A stretch of 63,991 nucleotides of DNA, filler included, from Octopus bimaculoides (taxonomy: Eukaryota), in the NCBI RefSeq assembly GCF_001194135.2. It is 10 parts of 9 records of this genome, joined end to end, with 100 filler letters (N's around TTAATTAATTAA, not from the genome) between each part and the next. Parts side by side here need not be neighbours in the genome. Positions count along the whole stretch, not along the records: positions 51,033 to 54,360 come from NC_068994.1; positions 54,461 to 56,348 come from NW_026379192.1; positions 56,449 to 60,526 come from NC_068989.1; positions 60,627 to 62,859 come from NC_068990.1; 6 more parts are not named here. One strand, 5' to 3'. How positions within the stretch are numbered: position 1 is the first letter of the stretch; each line of letters starts with the position of its first letter. The notes below the pieces were generated by a model. It ran no database searches and was not told where the DNA came from. It saw only the letters and a program-made list of their open reading frames with translations. Position numbers and translations under genes: made by a program. This document shows, in pieces, positions 51,525 to 62,859 of the stretch.

Positions 51525-52344
51525 AGGTTAACATGCAATTTACCGTCAAAAAAAAAAAAGAATGAAAGAAAAATGTCGAAAAAATGAAAGTGAATTGCTA
51601 AAAGAATGAAGTATGACGACAGTGGCATAACCGATGGGTAGGTTTCTTGTGCGGGGCTCGGCAATTTCTATACTCATGACAATGTCAGCCATTCACTCAG
51701 TATTTTGATCCAAACTATGCCAGCAACCATTCACAGACCATTGAAGGGCGAAGTATATTCGCCATGAAAATACTTGGGCAGCCTCGTGGGATTAGCGTTG
51801 GTTTATTTTACCTCATATCTTCATGGCATATGTGACCAAACAAATTTGAAGTTTTGTGGAAAAACTACTGACATATTTTATTTCGTGCATCAATAGCTGT
51901 TATGTTTTCCTGTAAATCTGATTGTTAGTGATTGTTTTCATTTTATATAAAATGTATGTACCTTTTGCATAAATAAAATAAATGCGCCCTTTTAAAGCCT
52001 AGCCAGGCTCATGGGCCCGGTTTCCCGGTTTCAATGGTGTATGTGTTCCCCAGCTGGACGGGACGCCAGTCCATCGCAGCGTTACTCATTTTTGCTAGCT
52101 GAGTAGACTGGAGCAACGTGAAATGAAGTGTTTTGCTCAAGAACACAACGCGTCGCTCAGTCAAGGAATCGAAACAACATTCTTACGATCATGATGCTGA
52201 CACCCTAACCACTAAGCCACGCGCCTCCACGTACCTTTCGCATGATGTATCAAATATATGTAAGTTATGTCAATGTCGTCACTTCCGGTTTATATCGCAA
52301 TTGACTTTCCTTCTTTATTACGACGGTAAACTGCATGTTAACCT
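51525..52344. mobile_element. MITE-like element with long diverged inverted ends, interrupted by a SINE
   Basis: AGGTTAACATGCAATTTACCGTC (51525-51547) vs 52322-52344, 22/23; inner arms 51580-51632 and 52264-52320 are also complementary; no TSD found. Confidence 0.6.
51975..52225 (-). mobile_element. CORE-type SINE family C with a third tail type
   Basis: Minus strand ggcgcgtggcttagtggttagggtgtc...gcgttgtgttcttgagcaaaacacttcatttcacgttgctccagt...gcgatggactggcgtcccgtccag. Confidence 0.85.
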
Positions 52345-53239
52345 TGCTTTATGCACCATTGAGTTCTTAAATATCCTCTGTAACATGCTGGTTGGTACCA
52401 TAACATAGTTACAAAATATCCGGTATTGTTCCCTCCACCGTACGAACTGTTAACCAAGAAATTTCAGGACAGGAAAACTGGAGTTTCCAGCCAGAAATAT
52501 AGATCTCACTATCGATACACCCACACAGTATATTTAATTGTAAACAATTGTGCCACTGTAAAGAGAACGTCACATTGAATAAGAAATATGCTCAACATAT
52601 CTGTTTCCTCAACATATCTAGTCATACGTATGTGGAGAGAAAAAAGCTATAAATATTGAGGGCGTTTTAATAAGAAATAAGTTTATTAAAATATTTGAGC
52701 ATATTTCCAAGATATTTCTATAATAAATCAAAATACATTCATTAGATATACGATGAAATGCATGCATTATTATTGTTGCAAGCATACGATCACATAGGCC
52801 TTATATCTACAAGTGTGTATGTGTATGGGTCCGTGTCTATGTTTGTGTATGCGTGTGTTTGTGCGTGAGTTTTTGAGTGCGTAGTGTGTATCCGTCTCTT
52901 TCATATATTCTCTGTTTGTCTGTCTCTGTCTGTCTGTCTGTCTGACTATATCTCTCTCTCTTTCTTCCTCTCTCTCTCTCTCTTTCTTCCTCTCTCTCTC
53001 TGTCTGTGTGTGTGTGTGCGTGTGTACGTATGTTCGCGTATGTGTGTTTCGTTCTCGTACATGCGAGTCTACTTGAATTTCCCTTGACCTGTCAGACTGC
53101 TTCACCAGGTAGATATAGTAGGTGCTATTTGTCATCTGTTATCATCTGAATATTTACACATCCTATAACTGTGCTGCAGCTTGGTGATTTCGGTAAAATT
53201 CCAGGCCTACGTTACTCACATTTATCCCTATTCATAGCT

Positions 53240-53870
53240 TCCAAGCACAACACAAGTGTCGGTGAAGGAAGAAAGTGTAAACGCAAATCCGTAGAGATGC
53301 AGAAAAAGTTAAAAGTGTTAAAACTAGCCAACAGTGTTTCGGTGTAAAAGCTACTTCATCAGTTATGACTTGCACAAAAGGAAAAAAAACATAGAAAGAT
53401 CGTTTTGCAGCTCCGTACAAAAATTGCAAAAATTACAAACACAAGAGGGAAATAAGTATTGGAAAGGAAAAATGACTATAAAAGCTGGAAAAAGTACTGT
53501 GATTCATCGAATGTTGGTTGAATGGCTACCATAATGTTTGAATAATGGCGTGAACTTATGGGGCAGTATGTTAATGGACGCGGTTTAGTTGTTATGTAAA
53601 GATAATATATTCGAAAAGGAGTCAAAAGGTTGGAGACTCAAGAGGGAGTCTATATCTGGTCAAAATTACACAGGCACCTAAAACATTCAGAGAAAGCGTG
53701 GAACAAAACGAACAAGTGGCTGACGAGCCAACGACTAAATCATGTATATAAGTATGTATGTGGATATGTGTGTGTGTTGCTGGCGCCACCAGAAAGGACC
53801 AGTATTATCCTTGAAGGCGCGAAATTGCGTTTGATCCTCAGACAGATATCTGATGAGGATTTGTCGACCT
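53240..53870 (+). mobile_element. pogo/Tigger (CENP-B-type) transposase remnant
   Basis: KRKSVEMQKKLKVLKL (psq-type HTH), IHRMLVEWLP*CLNNGVNLWGSMLMDA and [12 protein letters not shown] (CENP-B HTH), [10 protein letters not shown] (resembles LPPNTTS). Confidence 0.6.
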
Positions 53871-53878
53871 TCTATGTC

Positions 53879-53912
<34 letters not shown>

Positions 53913-54174
53913 CACATATATATACACATATATATATATACACATATATATATATTTATATATACATATATATATACATACATATAAATATTTTCATATA
54001 TACATATATATACACATACATATATATACATATATAAATATATACATACGTACATACACATATTTATGCATGAATGTATGTGTGGGGGGTGTGTACGTGC
54101 ATATGTATGCGTGCGAGTGTGTATATACATACATACATGCATACAAGCACGCACGCACGCACACACACATACAT

Positions 54175-54313
54175 CGGGTTTCTTTCAGTTTCCATCTACC
54201 AAATCCACTCACAAGGCTTTGATTCGGCCGTGGCTATATATATAAGGTGCCACACAGTGGAACTGAACCCGGAACCATGTGGTTTAGAAGGAAGCTTCTT
54301 ACCACACAGCCAC
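54175..54313 (-). mobile_element. SINE family B head
   Basis: Minus strand gtggctgtgtggtaagaagcttccttctaaaccacatggttccgggttcagttccactgtgtggcacct...gtgagtggatttggtagatggaaactgaaagaaacccg. Confidence 0.85.
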
Positions 54314-54328
54314 TACTACGCCCCCCCC

Positions 54329-54360
<32 letters not shown>

Positions 54361-54733
54361 NNNNNNNNNNNNNNNNNNNNNNNNNNNNNNNNNNNNNNNN
54401 NNNNTTAATTAATTAANNNNNNNNNNNNNNNNNNNNNNNNNNNNNNNNNNNNNNNNNNNNGTAGTTGAGATCTACCTTCATGATGGTAAAATCGTACCTC
54501 TTAACAGATATTTTCTTTCAGTTTCACTTTCCTTTTCTCCATGTTCCAGGCCTCTCCACCAGTCTTCACTCATCTCTGACTCGTTTATACTTTCCCTAAA
54601 AGAATCTACACAGCCTCACCACCATGCAAAATGCTCTCATACATTCCCCAATACACATCTTTCCATTTTGATATTTCTACCTATATAAGGACTATACATG
54701 TACTTTACGCTATACTAATATATACATAGATTT

Positions 54734-54804
<71 letters not shown>

Positions 54805-55147
54805 GTGTGTGTTTGTGTGTGTGTATGTATTATCGTGATTGTTATGAATATAAGTATTTACCAATTTATGAAGCCAATTTGCTAGCAGATCTCTTTCTTT
54901 TATANNNNNNNNNNNNNNNNNNNNNNNNNNNNNNNNNNNNNNNNNNNNNNNNNNNNNNNNNNNNNNNNNNNNNNNNNNNNNNNNNNNNNNNNNNNTATAT
55001 ATATATATATATATATTGCTACTTTCTACTACTGGATTTAACATATATCTACTTCTTATATCCATTCTTCACTTTGTTCTTATTGTTGTTGTCGTTGCTC
55101 TTCTTCTTCTTCTTCTTCTTCTTCTTCTTCTTCTTCTTCTTCTTCTT

Positions 55148-55178
<31 letters not shown>

Positions 55179-55217
55179 TCATTATGATTATTATTATTAT
55201 TATTATTATTATTATAG

Positions 55218-56349
55218 ACGTCGTTTCAAATGTTTCTCTGAGGAGTTTGTAAACAATGTCGACACCGCCTTAGTCAAGAATGTCATTTTCTCCATCGCTC
55301 CTACAAAGCAATATGAAGGTTCTGTCACAGGCATTGATCTGAGAATCATATCCTGCATAACTTGTTCAAGAAATTTACAAAAATTGAATACAAACAAAAG
55401 CAACTCCAGTCCTTACATCAAGAACTACATGGAAATACCTGCAACGAAAGAAACAAAACAATCCTCGACATCTCAGTTGACGTCAGTGTAATGGCGCGGA
55501 ATTATTTTTCATTTGCAAACAGATGGACACAATATGAACCATGCAGGGGGTCACAAAATTAACCTGAAAGTAAAAATGAGGACGTAGAGAATTATCAACA
55601 GGAGACGACAATATTTCCCCTCGATTTAAATTGGCAAATTTGTATATGAGATATTTACTGATGGGGGATTTGCAGTAAAAACAGTAGATGCTCTGAGTTT
55701 CCTATGGAAATGACATCTCTGAAGATTATGTGATTGATTGCTTCAAAATAACTGCCGTCCGTATACCACACTACAGAATGCAATATACTGTGATGTCAAT
55801 GGTCTTAGAGCACCGTAAAATCGTAGGTTCTTAGTCCATCCCTTCTCAAAACAGGGTGGAAACGTCTATAAATTTTTGTATTGTACCTCAAGATCATTAC
55901 GACATTTCAGACTGGATCTGTTTTGAAAAGTGTAAGCCAAAAGTGCCGGGGAAAAGAAACGCATCAGTCAAATAGCAGAGTCAAAAAAAAAGACAGTATG
56001 AACAGTAACAGAAGTATCACGAGCAGCAGTAGCAGTATTCATATCACAGTCTCCAGCAACAACAATAACACAAGTATCAACATGAAGAACAAGATATATA
56101 CCATCAGATTCCGCCACTGGAATCTGATCACATTATGATTTTCAATTTGTGCTGTCGATATTTTAATCATTTTAAAAAAGGCCAGCAAGTCGACACCCTT
56201 GGACTTTTCCAGGAAATCCACATCCTCGAACTTTTCCATGAAGTCCCATAAACACGGTCTTTCCAGGGAAGTCCCATACAGTGGAATTTTCCAGGAAGTA
56301 CCCATGTTTCCAGAGGTGAATTATTCAAACCCCAAAGAATTCCTCTCAN
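55218..56349 (+). pseudogene. Possible decayed coding sequence with Gln-rich and 9-residue-repeat segments
   Basis: 90 open codons 55219-55491; Q-rich frame 55883-56140 broken only by TAA/TAG; 27-28-bp repeats 56201-56310; family not recognised. Confidence 0.25.
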
Positions 56350-56514
56350 NNNNNNNNNNNNNNNNNNNNNNNNNNNNNNNNNNNNNNNNNNNTTAATTAA
56401 TTAANNNNNNNNNNNNNNNNNNNNNNNNNNNNNNNNNNNNNNNNNNNNATATATATATATATATATATATATACATACTGTATATGTGTGTGTGTGTGTG
56501 TGTGCGTGCTTCTT

Positions 56515-56725
56515 TCTGTCTATGTTTGCGCCCCACAATTGCTTGATAACTGGTGCTAGTATGTTTCATCCCCGTAACTTTACGGTTCGGCAAAAGAGAC
56601 CGATAGAATAAGTACCAGGCTTGAAAAGCAAAAAGTAGTACAGAGGTCGATTCCTTCCACTAAAAATTCTTCACGGCAGTGCTCCGGTATGGCCACAGAC
56701 CAAAACAATTAAAAGATAAAAGATA
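56515..56725 (+). mobile_element. SINE family B 3' half after (TA)/(TG) and gap
   Basis: ccccgtaactttacggttcggcaaaagagaccgatagaataagtaccagg...atggccacag. Confidence 0.8.
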
Positions 56726-56843
56726 CTATAGTAAAAAGAAGCAATCTATTGTTCATAAATTTTAACAAAATCTTAACTTGACCCACAAGGGTCATGTGGA
56801 CAGCAGCCGAGGACCACTGCACGACAGCAATATATTGGGTCAT

Positions 56844-57057
56844 AAGGCGGCGAGCTGGCAGAAACACTAGCACGCTGGGCGAAATGTTTAGCGGTATTTC
56901 GTCTGTCTTTACGTTCTGAGTTCAAATTCTGCCGAGGTTGACTTTGCCTTTCATCCTTTCGGGGTCGATAAATTAAGTACCAGTTGTGTACTAGGGTCGG
57001 TCTAATCGACTGGCTCCCTCCCCCAAAATTTCGGGCCTTGTGCCTAGTGTAGAAAAG
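56844..57057 (+). mobile_element. Full-length SINE family A (214 bp) with 15-bp TSD
   Basis: AATATATTGGGTCAT at 56829-56843 and 57058-57072 flanks a complete head-core-tail copy. Confidence 0.92.
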
Positions 57058-57063
57058 AATATA

Positions 57064-57931
57064 TTGGGTCATCCCATAAATAATGCGATTTATTAATACT
57101 TCTATTTTTCAAAATTAGGATAAACGATGTTCTTTTTTAATTCTAAAATATACTCTCCTTCATTTTCTACAATGCTCTTCCATCTATCTGGTAGACTTGC
57201 AAGGCCCCTCTTCCCAAATTCACTTGTCTGTGACGAAAAATACTCCTCCAGTACAACAGTACTTCGTCTTCAGAATTCATCTTTTTCCTACCCAAATGGT
57301 TTCGAAGACTGCGAAATAAATGATAATCAGATGTCCCGACGAATCTGATGGCTGGGGCATCGTTTCTTATTCAAACTGCTCCAGCTTTTGGAAAGTCATC
57401 CTTGCTATGTGACTGAGCATTATCCTGATAGAAGAACACCTTTCGTCTTGAAACCAAAGATGGTCGTTTTTCTTCTAGTGCTGGTGTCGATGAATTTTTG
57501 AATGACCAAATCCAAGTTTCTCTGCTAGTTCCTCAACAATTACGATGGGATTTTCTTCTACCAGGGTTTGCAGGACGTCCTCGTCGAGCTCTACAGATCT
57601 TCTGGGATGAGGCTTGTCTTCTAGGCTATAGTTTCCAGCTCGATATTTGTCTAATCCCCATATACTGCATTATTCCTCGCACTTTCCGCTGCATCGTTGC
57701 CTTTATTGAACTCATAAAGCAAAATATGCTCCTTTGTCACTTCCATTATAGCTTAGAAAATATAACTTTTAAAATCGAACTGTGCACTCTTCAAAACTTA
57801 CACTAAGAATAAGTACAAGATAAAATTACAACCTGCTTTATTAGCAAATTGATGCAGGTAGTTTATCCCGTCCCCCTCCGTCTTTTAGTTCGTGCAATTG
57901 AAAAAATCGCATTATTTATAGAATGACCCAA
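57064..57931 (-). mobile_element. Internally deleted mariner (868 bp)
   Basis: 28-bp TIRs (57064-57091 / 57904-57931, 26/28), TA flanks; MEVTKEH.ILLYEFNKG (ATG 57746), LVEENP, QDNA, SDYHLFRSL, LPDRWKSIVENEGEY; N-terminal part of the catalytic domain missing. Confidence 0.9.
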
Positions 57932-58247
57932 TACTTGAAATACGTGTGTCGTCCGCCTGGAAGAAATTTTACAGCAAAATACGATCATTTAAATTTCGGC
58001 ACTTTTATGCAAGTGTCCTGTACCAGGTTGTCTGAGATTATTTATTTCTAACGGAATATCTTGTGTGTTTGAAAATTTGATCAAGTCAATTCGATTGAAT
58101 GTTTGTGTTATCCTCCATCTTTTATCGTTTACTTGTTTCAGTCATCAGACTGCAACCAAGCTGAGACATATTTTTGAAGAGTTTGGCTTTTTTTTCTCTC
58201 GTTCTGTGTATATACGTTGTGTTGTTGATATCGATGGAGAACATACG

Positions 58248-58398
58248 GCGTCGAGCTGGCAGAAACGTTAGCACACCGGGCGAAATACCTGGCGGTATTT
58301 CGTTTGCTGCTACGTTCTGAGTTCAAATTTCACCCAGGTCAACTTTGGCTTTCATCCTTTCCCCCAAAATTTCAGGCCTTGTACCTATAGTAGAAATG
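58248..58398 (+). mobile_element. SINE family A with internal deletion
   Basis: Head and B-box intact; core jumps from ctttcatcctttc directly to ccccaaaatttcaggccttg. Confidence 0.85.
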
Positions 58399-58869
58399 AT
58401 AGCGATGGACAACATGATATTTCGGGAAAATGGTTTCGTTTCTCTTCATCGACTCATTATTCAAACTATAAAGAAACATACGTTTCTAAACATTATATGT
58501 TGCCGTATAAACAATGTTAACTTAACCAGTAAAATATTTACAGGTATTAATTGATATGAATGAAGTTTTTCGGAGGTCTTCTGGTATGATCTTAATTTGG
58601 TCGTCAGATCTACATCAGATATACAGCTCCGTTTGCCTGTTGCCCATTATGACACTTTTAAGCGTGTAATTTTAATTATATATTTTAATATAAACAATAT
58701 TAACCGATAGCATCTCTGTTTATTGTGTAGGACCTAACGTTGCATGTAACTGTGAAACAAAAATTGGACAAGCCACAATCTACAATGTAAATAAACATGG
58801 TATTGTGATGGGGAAACGCCGGTGTTGTTGTCAAAAGTCAGGTGGGTATCTACGGTTATAGTAATTTCT

Positions 58870-59180
58870 GACGGTTGTGTGGGGGTTGCGGTGATGTTTG
58901 ATACGGCTGTGTGATGATGTTTAATGCAATTATGTGATGCTGTTCGGTGTAGTTGTGTGATGATGTTTGTTGTGTTTCTGTGAGGTAGTTGTGTGGTGAT
59001 ATTAATGCGATTGGCTGGTAATGTTTGATATAACTGTATGATATAACTGTGCGAAGATGGCTGATAATGTCGCATGATGAAATCGTATGCGGTTGTGTGG
59101 TGATGTTTATTACAATTGTGTGATATTGTTTGTAGTTGTATGACGATGTCTGTTGTGGATGTCTGATAATATTTGATGAA
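58870..59180. repeat. Degenerate ~23-bp minisatellite (gttgtgtgatgatgttt core)
   Basis: Repeated variants of gttgtgtg(a/g)tgatgttt. Confidence 0.65.
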
Positions 59181-60080
59181 GGGTCATTGTTTATGTAACT
59201 TGTTTTGTTTCCCGTTTGTTTCTTTCGTTGTTCGCAAAAAAAGTTCGTATTCCATGTTTTCGTATTTCTTATTTCATGTTGTTTACGTTCTGTGACGTCC
59301 TGTGCTCATATATGCATACGTATATACATATATATNNNNNNNNNNNNNNNNNNNNNNNNNNNNNNNNNNNNNNNNNNNNNNNNNNNNNNNNNNNNNNNNN
59401 NNNNNNNNNNNNNNNNNNNNNNNNNNNNNNNNNNNNNNNNNNNNNNNNNNNNNNNNNNNNNNNNNNNNNNNNNNNNNNNNNNNNNNNNNNNNNNNNNNNN
59501 NNNNNNNNNNNNNNNNNNNNNNNNNNNNNNNNNNNNNNNNNNNNNNNNNNNNNNNNNNNNNNNNNNNNNNNNNNNNNNNNNNNNNNNNNNNNNNNNNNNN
59601 NNNNNNNNNNNNNNNNNNNNNNNNNNNNNNNNNNNNNNNNNNNNNNNNNNNNNNNNNNNNNNNNNNNNNNNNNNNNNNNNNNNNNNNNNNNNNNNNNNNN
59701 NNNNNNNNNNNNNNNNNNNNNNNNNNNNNNNNNNNNNNNNNNNNNNNNNNNNNNNNNNNNNNNNNNNNNNNNNNNNNNNNNNNNNNNNNNNNNNNNNNNN
59801 NNNNNNNNNNNNNNNNNNNTATATATATGTATATGTATGTATATATATGTGTATATACATATATACACGCACACACATATATATAAATGTGCAGTTGGAT
59901 ATTCACATAAATACTTGCATACATATACACATATATATGTACATACATACACATACATATATATATACATGCATCACATTTAATTAGTATTACTGAAGTG
60001 ATTGACTATATTGTTAAACATTTTCTCTCTGCGTTTTTTTTTTTCTCTAATCCAGTATTTCTTTCTCTTTCTTTCCGCAG

Positions 60081-60319
60081 AAGAAAGCAGTTACTTTAAG
60101 AAAACTCCAGTAAACGACAATACCCAATATACCATAAAAGCGAATATAACCAAAGATTCCCTCTTAGAGTGCTCCATTGAATGTGTCCGAGAGTTTTACT
60201 GCGTTGCCTTCTCATATAACAAAACCCCGAAGCAATGTACTGTGTTGGTTTCATATTTAAAACTTGAAAGCCAAACGCCAGTCTCACCGACAGCACGAGG
60301 AGACTACATATGTCTTTAA
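60081..60319 (+). CDS. Terminal coding exon encoding a PAN/Apple domain (host gene, 5' exons not identified)
   Basis: Polypyrimidine tract and CAG acceptor ending 60080; phase-1 frame (E)ESSYFKKTPVNDNTQYTIKANITKDSLLECSIECVREFYCVAFSYNKTPKQCTVLVSYLKLESQTPVSPTARGDYICL*; S..EC...C.....C.AFSY......C is the PAN core. Confidence 0.72.
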
Positions 60320-60626
60320 TCCCAAAATGCCTCCAAGGCTTCATTCTTGTGTTAACATGTATATGTGTGTGCGGGGGGTGGGGGGGGTGCATGCACATTT
60401 GCATACATGTCCATAAACAGGTATTCTTGAACCTATGTATGTGTATAGACATATAACTGCACCGATATTATGTTAAGGCTGAAATTGCAATGCTTACTAA
60501 TCGATGCAGTAGAAACATGTGTAGGTNNNNNNNNNNNNNNNNNNNNNNNNNNNNNNNNNNNNNNNNNNNNTTAATTAATTAANNNNNNNNNNNNNNNNNN
60601 NNNNNNNNNNNNNNNNNNNNNNNNNN

Positions 60627-60674
60627 TACTAGTACTACTTCTACTACTACTTGTGCTACTGCTGCTGCTGCTGT

Positions 60675-60729
<55 letters not shown>

Positions 60730-61135
60730 GCAACTACTGTTGCTTCTGCCACCACCATCACCACAACCACCACCACCACCATCACCACCACCACCACTAT
60801 TACAGTTATGATTAATACTATTCTTCTTCTTCTTCTTCTTCTTCTTCTTCTTGTTCTTCTTCTCTTTCTTCTTCTTCTTCTTCTTCTTCTTCTTCTTCTT
60901 CTTCTCCTTCTTCTTCTTCTTGTTATGATTGATTATGATAATTATTATGATTGTTATTGTCGTGGTTGATATCATTATTGTTATCGTTATTGTGACGACT
61001 TCTGTTATTATTATTATCATTATTACCATCATTTCTACGATTACTACTACTACTACTACTACTATTATTATTATTATTATTGTTATTATTATTGTTTCGA
61101 TTATCATTATTATTGTTACTACTACTATTACGTAA
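60627..61135. repeat. Compound (TAC)/(CAC)/(TTC)/(ATT) trinucleotide region
   Basis: Directly visible. Confidence 0.9.
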
Positions 61136-61435
61136 TTATCATAATGATGCCAAAAGGTCCGTCATAAGTGCAAATCCTTTAAATACGTTATCAAAGACAA
61201 AAGCATTTTAACATAAACATTAATAATAAATCTCATAACAATAACAACAACATCAACAACAATAATATTTATAATAGTATTTTTTGAAAAGTAAGAACGA
61301 ACATTAGATAATATTTATTAATATTATATAATTATAATTATTATTACTGTATTCGCAACAAGGGCAATAAAAACAGAAAATATTTTAAATAGATTATAGC
61401 AGACAAAACATACGGTAAACGATAATGATATCTGG

Positions 61436-61491
<56 letters not shown>

Positions 61492-61863
61492 CATTATTAT
61501 TATCGTCATTTTTAAGATAATTAAAATAATAGGTTCTTTATTTCGTACAAGAGCTAGAAACATACAACGCATTTAAATACATTAATTTATTTCAATAATA
61601 ATCTTAGAATCAATAGTGAAAGTTGACTTATTTGATATGCCAACAACAACAACAAAAACAACAACAACAACAAGAACAATAGCAACAACAACAGCAACAA
61701 CAACAACAACAACAACAGCAACAGCAACAGCAGCAGCGATATGCAGTGCAAAATCAAAGGGAATAATAATAATAATACCTAGAATACAAATATAATATTT
61801 TAAGACTATGCAAATATTTTCACAGAAATTGTCATTTAAATATATTTATTCAAATATACATAC

Positions 61864-61913
<50 letters not shown>

Positions 61914-61999
61914 NNNNNNNNNNNNNNNNNNNNNNNNNNNNNNNNNNNNNNNNNNNNNNNNNNNNNNNNNNCTGCTTGTATGCATACCTACATGTATGC

Positions 62000-62052
<53 letters not shown>

Positions 62053-62127
62053 TGTAAATATTTCTACATGTATGTATATACATATCTCAGATTTATGGCA
62101 ATATATATGTGCATCTATTTACCTATA

Positions 62128-62188
<61 letters not shown>

Positions 62189-62859
62189 CCGATCAGTAAT
62201 TCGGGTAAACGGTCACCTGTCAAAACCGTTCGACATCACGCGTTCGGTCCGTCAGGGATGTCCCCTGTCGGCGCTTCTGTATGTATTGACGCTCGAACCA
62301 CTACTGCGGGAGCTGGCGACACTGAGGGGTATCCCACGAGAGCTGGGTTCTCGGACGAGCGTGTCGGCATATGCGGACGATGTCACCGTCATAGTGTCGA
62401 GTGAAAAGCACGTCGAGATGCTAGGCGAGGCACTTAAAAAATACGAACCGGTGACAGGAGCAAAAATTAACCCGGAAAAGTCAGTTGGTTTGTTACTCGG
62501 CACCTGGAGAATCAAGCCCATACCGTCCAACAGCGACTACGTAGTGGGACGCTGGACGGACGGACCGGTTAAACTGCTCGGGGTCTGGTTCAGTCCGGAC
62601 CTCCAAATGGATAAAAACTGGGACGAGATCACCAGTAAAGTGATCAAACCCAGCCAAACATGGGCCGAGAGAAAGTTATCTCTAAAAGGCCGGGCGGAGG
62701 TGGCTAATGTGTATATCGCATCAGTCATCGATTACCGCCTGACCGTCGTGCCTTGTCCCGATGCCACCATCACGAAACTAGAACGCATACTTTTCCGCTT
62801 TCTGTGGAAGGGTGGCGTTCCGATGGTGAGGCGATCCATTTGCTGTCAACAACCGTTAC
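62189..62859 (+). mobile_element. Tx1/L1-clade LINE reverse transcriptase fragment, 5'-truncated, stop-free up to the gap
   Basis: VNGHLSKPFDITRSVRQGCPLSALLYVLTLEPL, SAYADDVTV, GAKINPEKS, VKLLGVWF, LSLKGRAEVAN, FLWKG; starts immediately after (ATCT)n. Confidence 0.93.

Noticed and set aside
13607-56900. SINE heads as tRNA genes
   Set aside because: A and B boxes are present, but there is no full cloverleaf and they run into SINE cores.
58544-58583. Mini-exon upstream of the PAN exon (MKFFGGLL| or MNEVFRRSS-G|gtatga)
   Set aside because: The hydrophobic frame is phase 0 and incompatible; the phase-1 frame has no signal peptide; too short to support.
8153-59987. Long ORFs in the track containing X runs (e.g. 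8153-9421, 17065-18231, 45431-46741, 59205-59987)
   Set aside because: They read through N gaps and dinucleotide repeats; artefacts.
60002-60080. Hydrophobic N-terminus of the 105-aa ORF as a signal peptide
   Set aside because: No ATG (TTG start); the hydrophobic residues come from the intron polypyrimidine tract.
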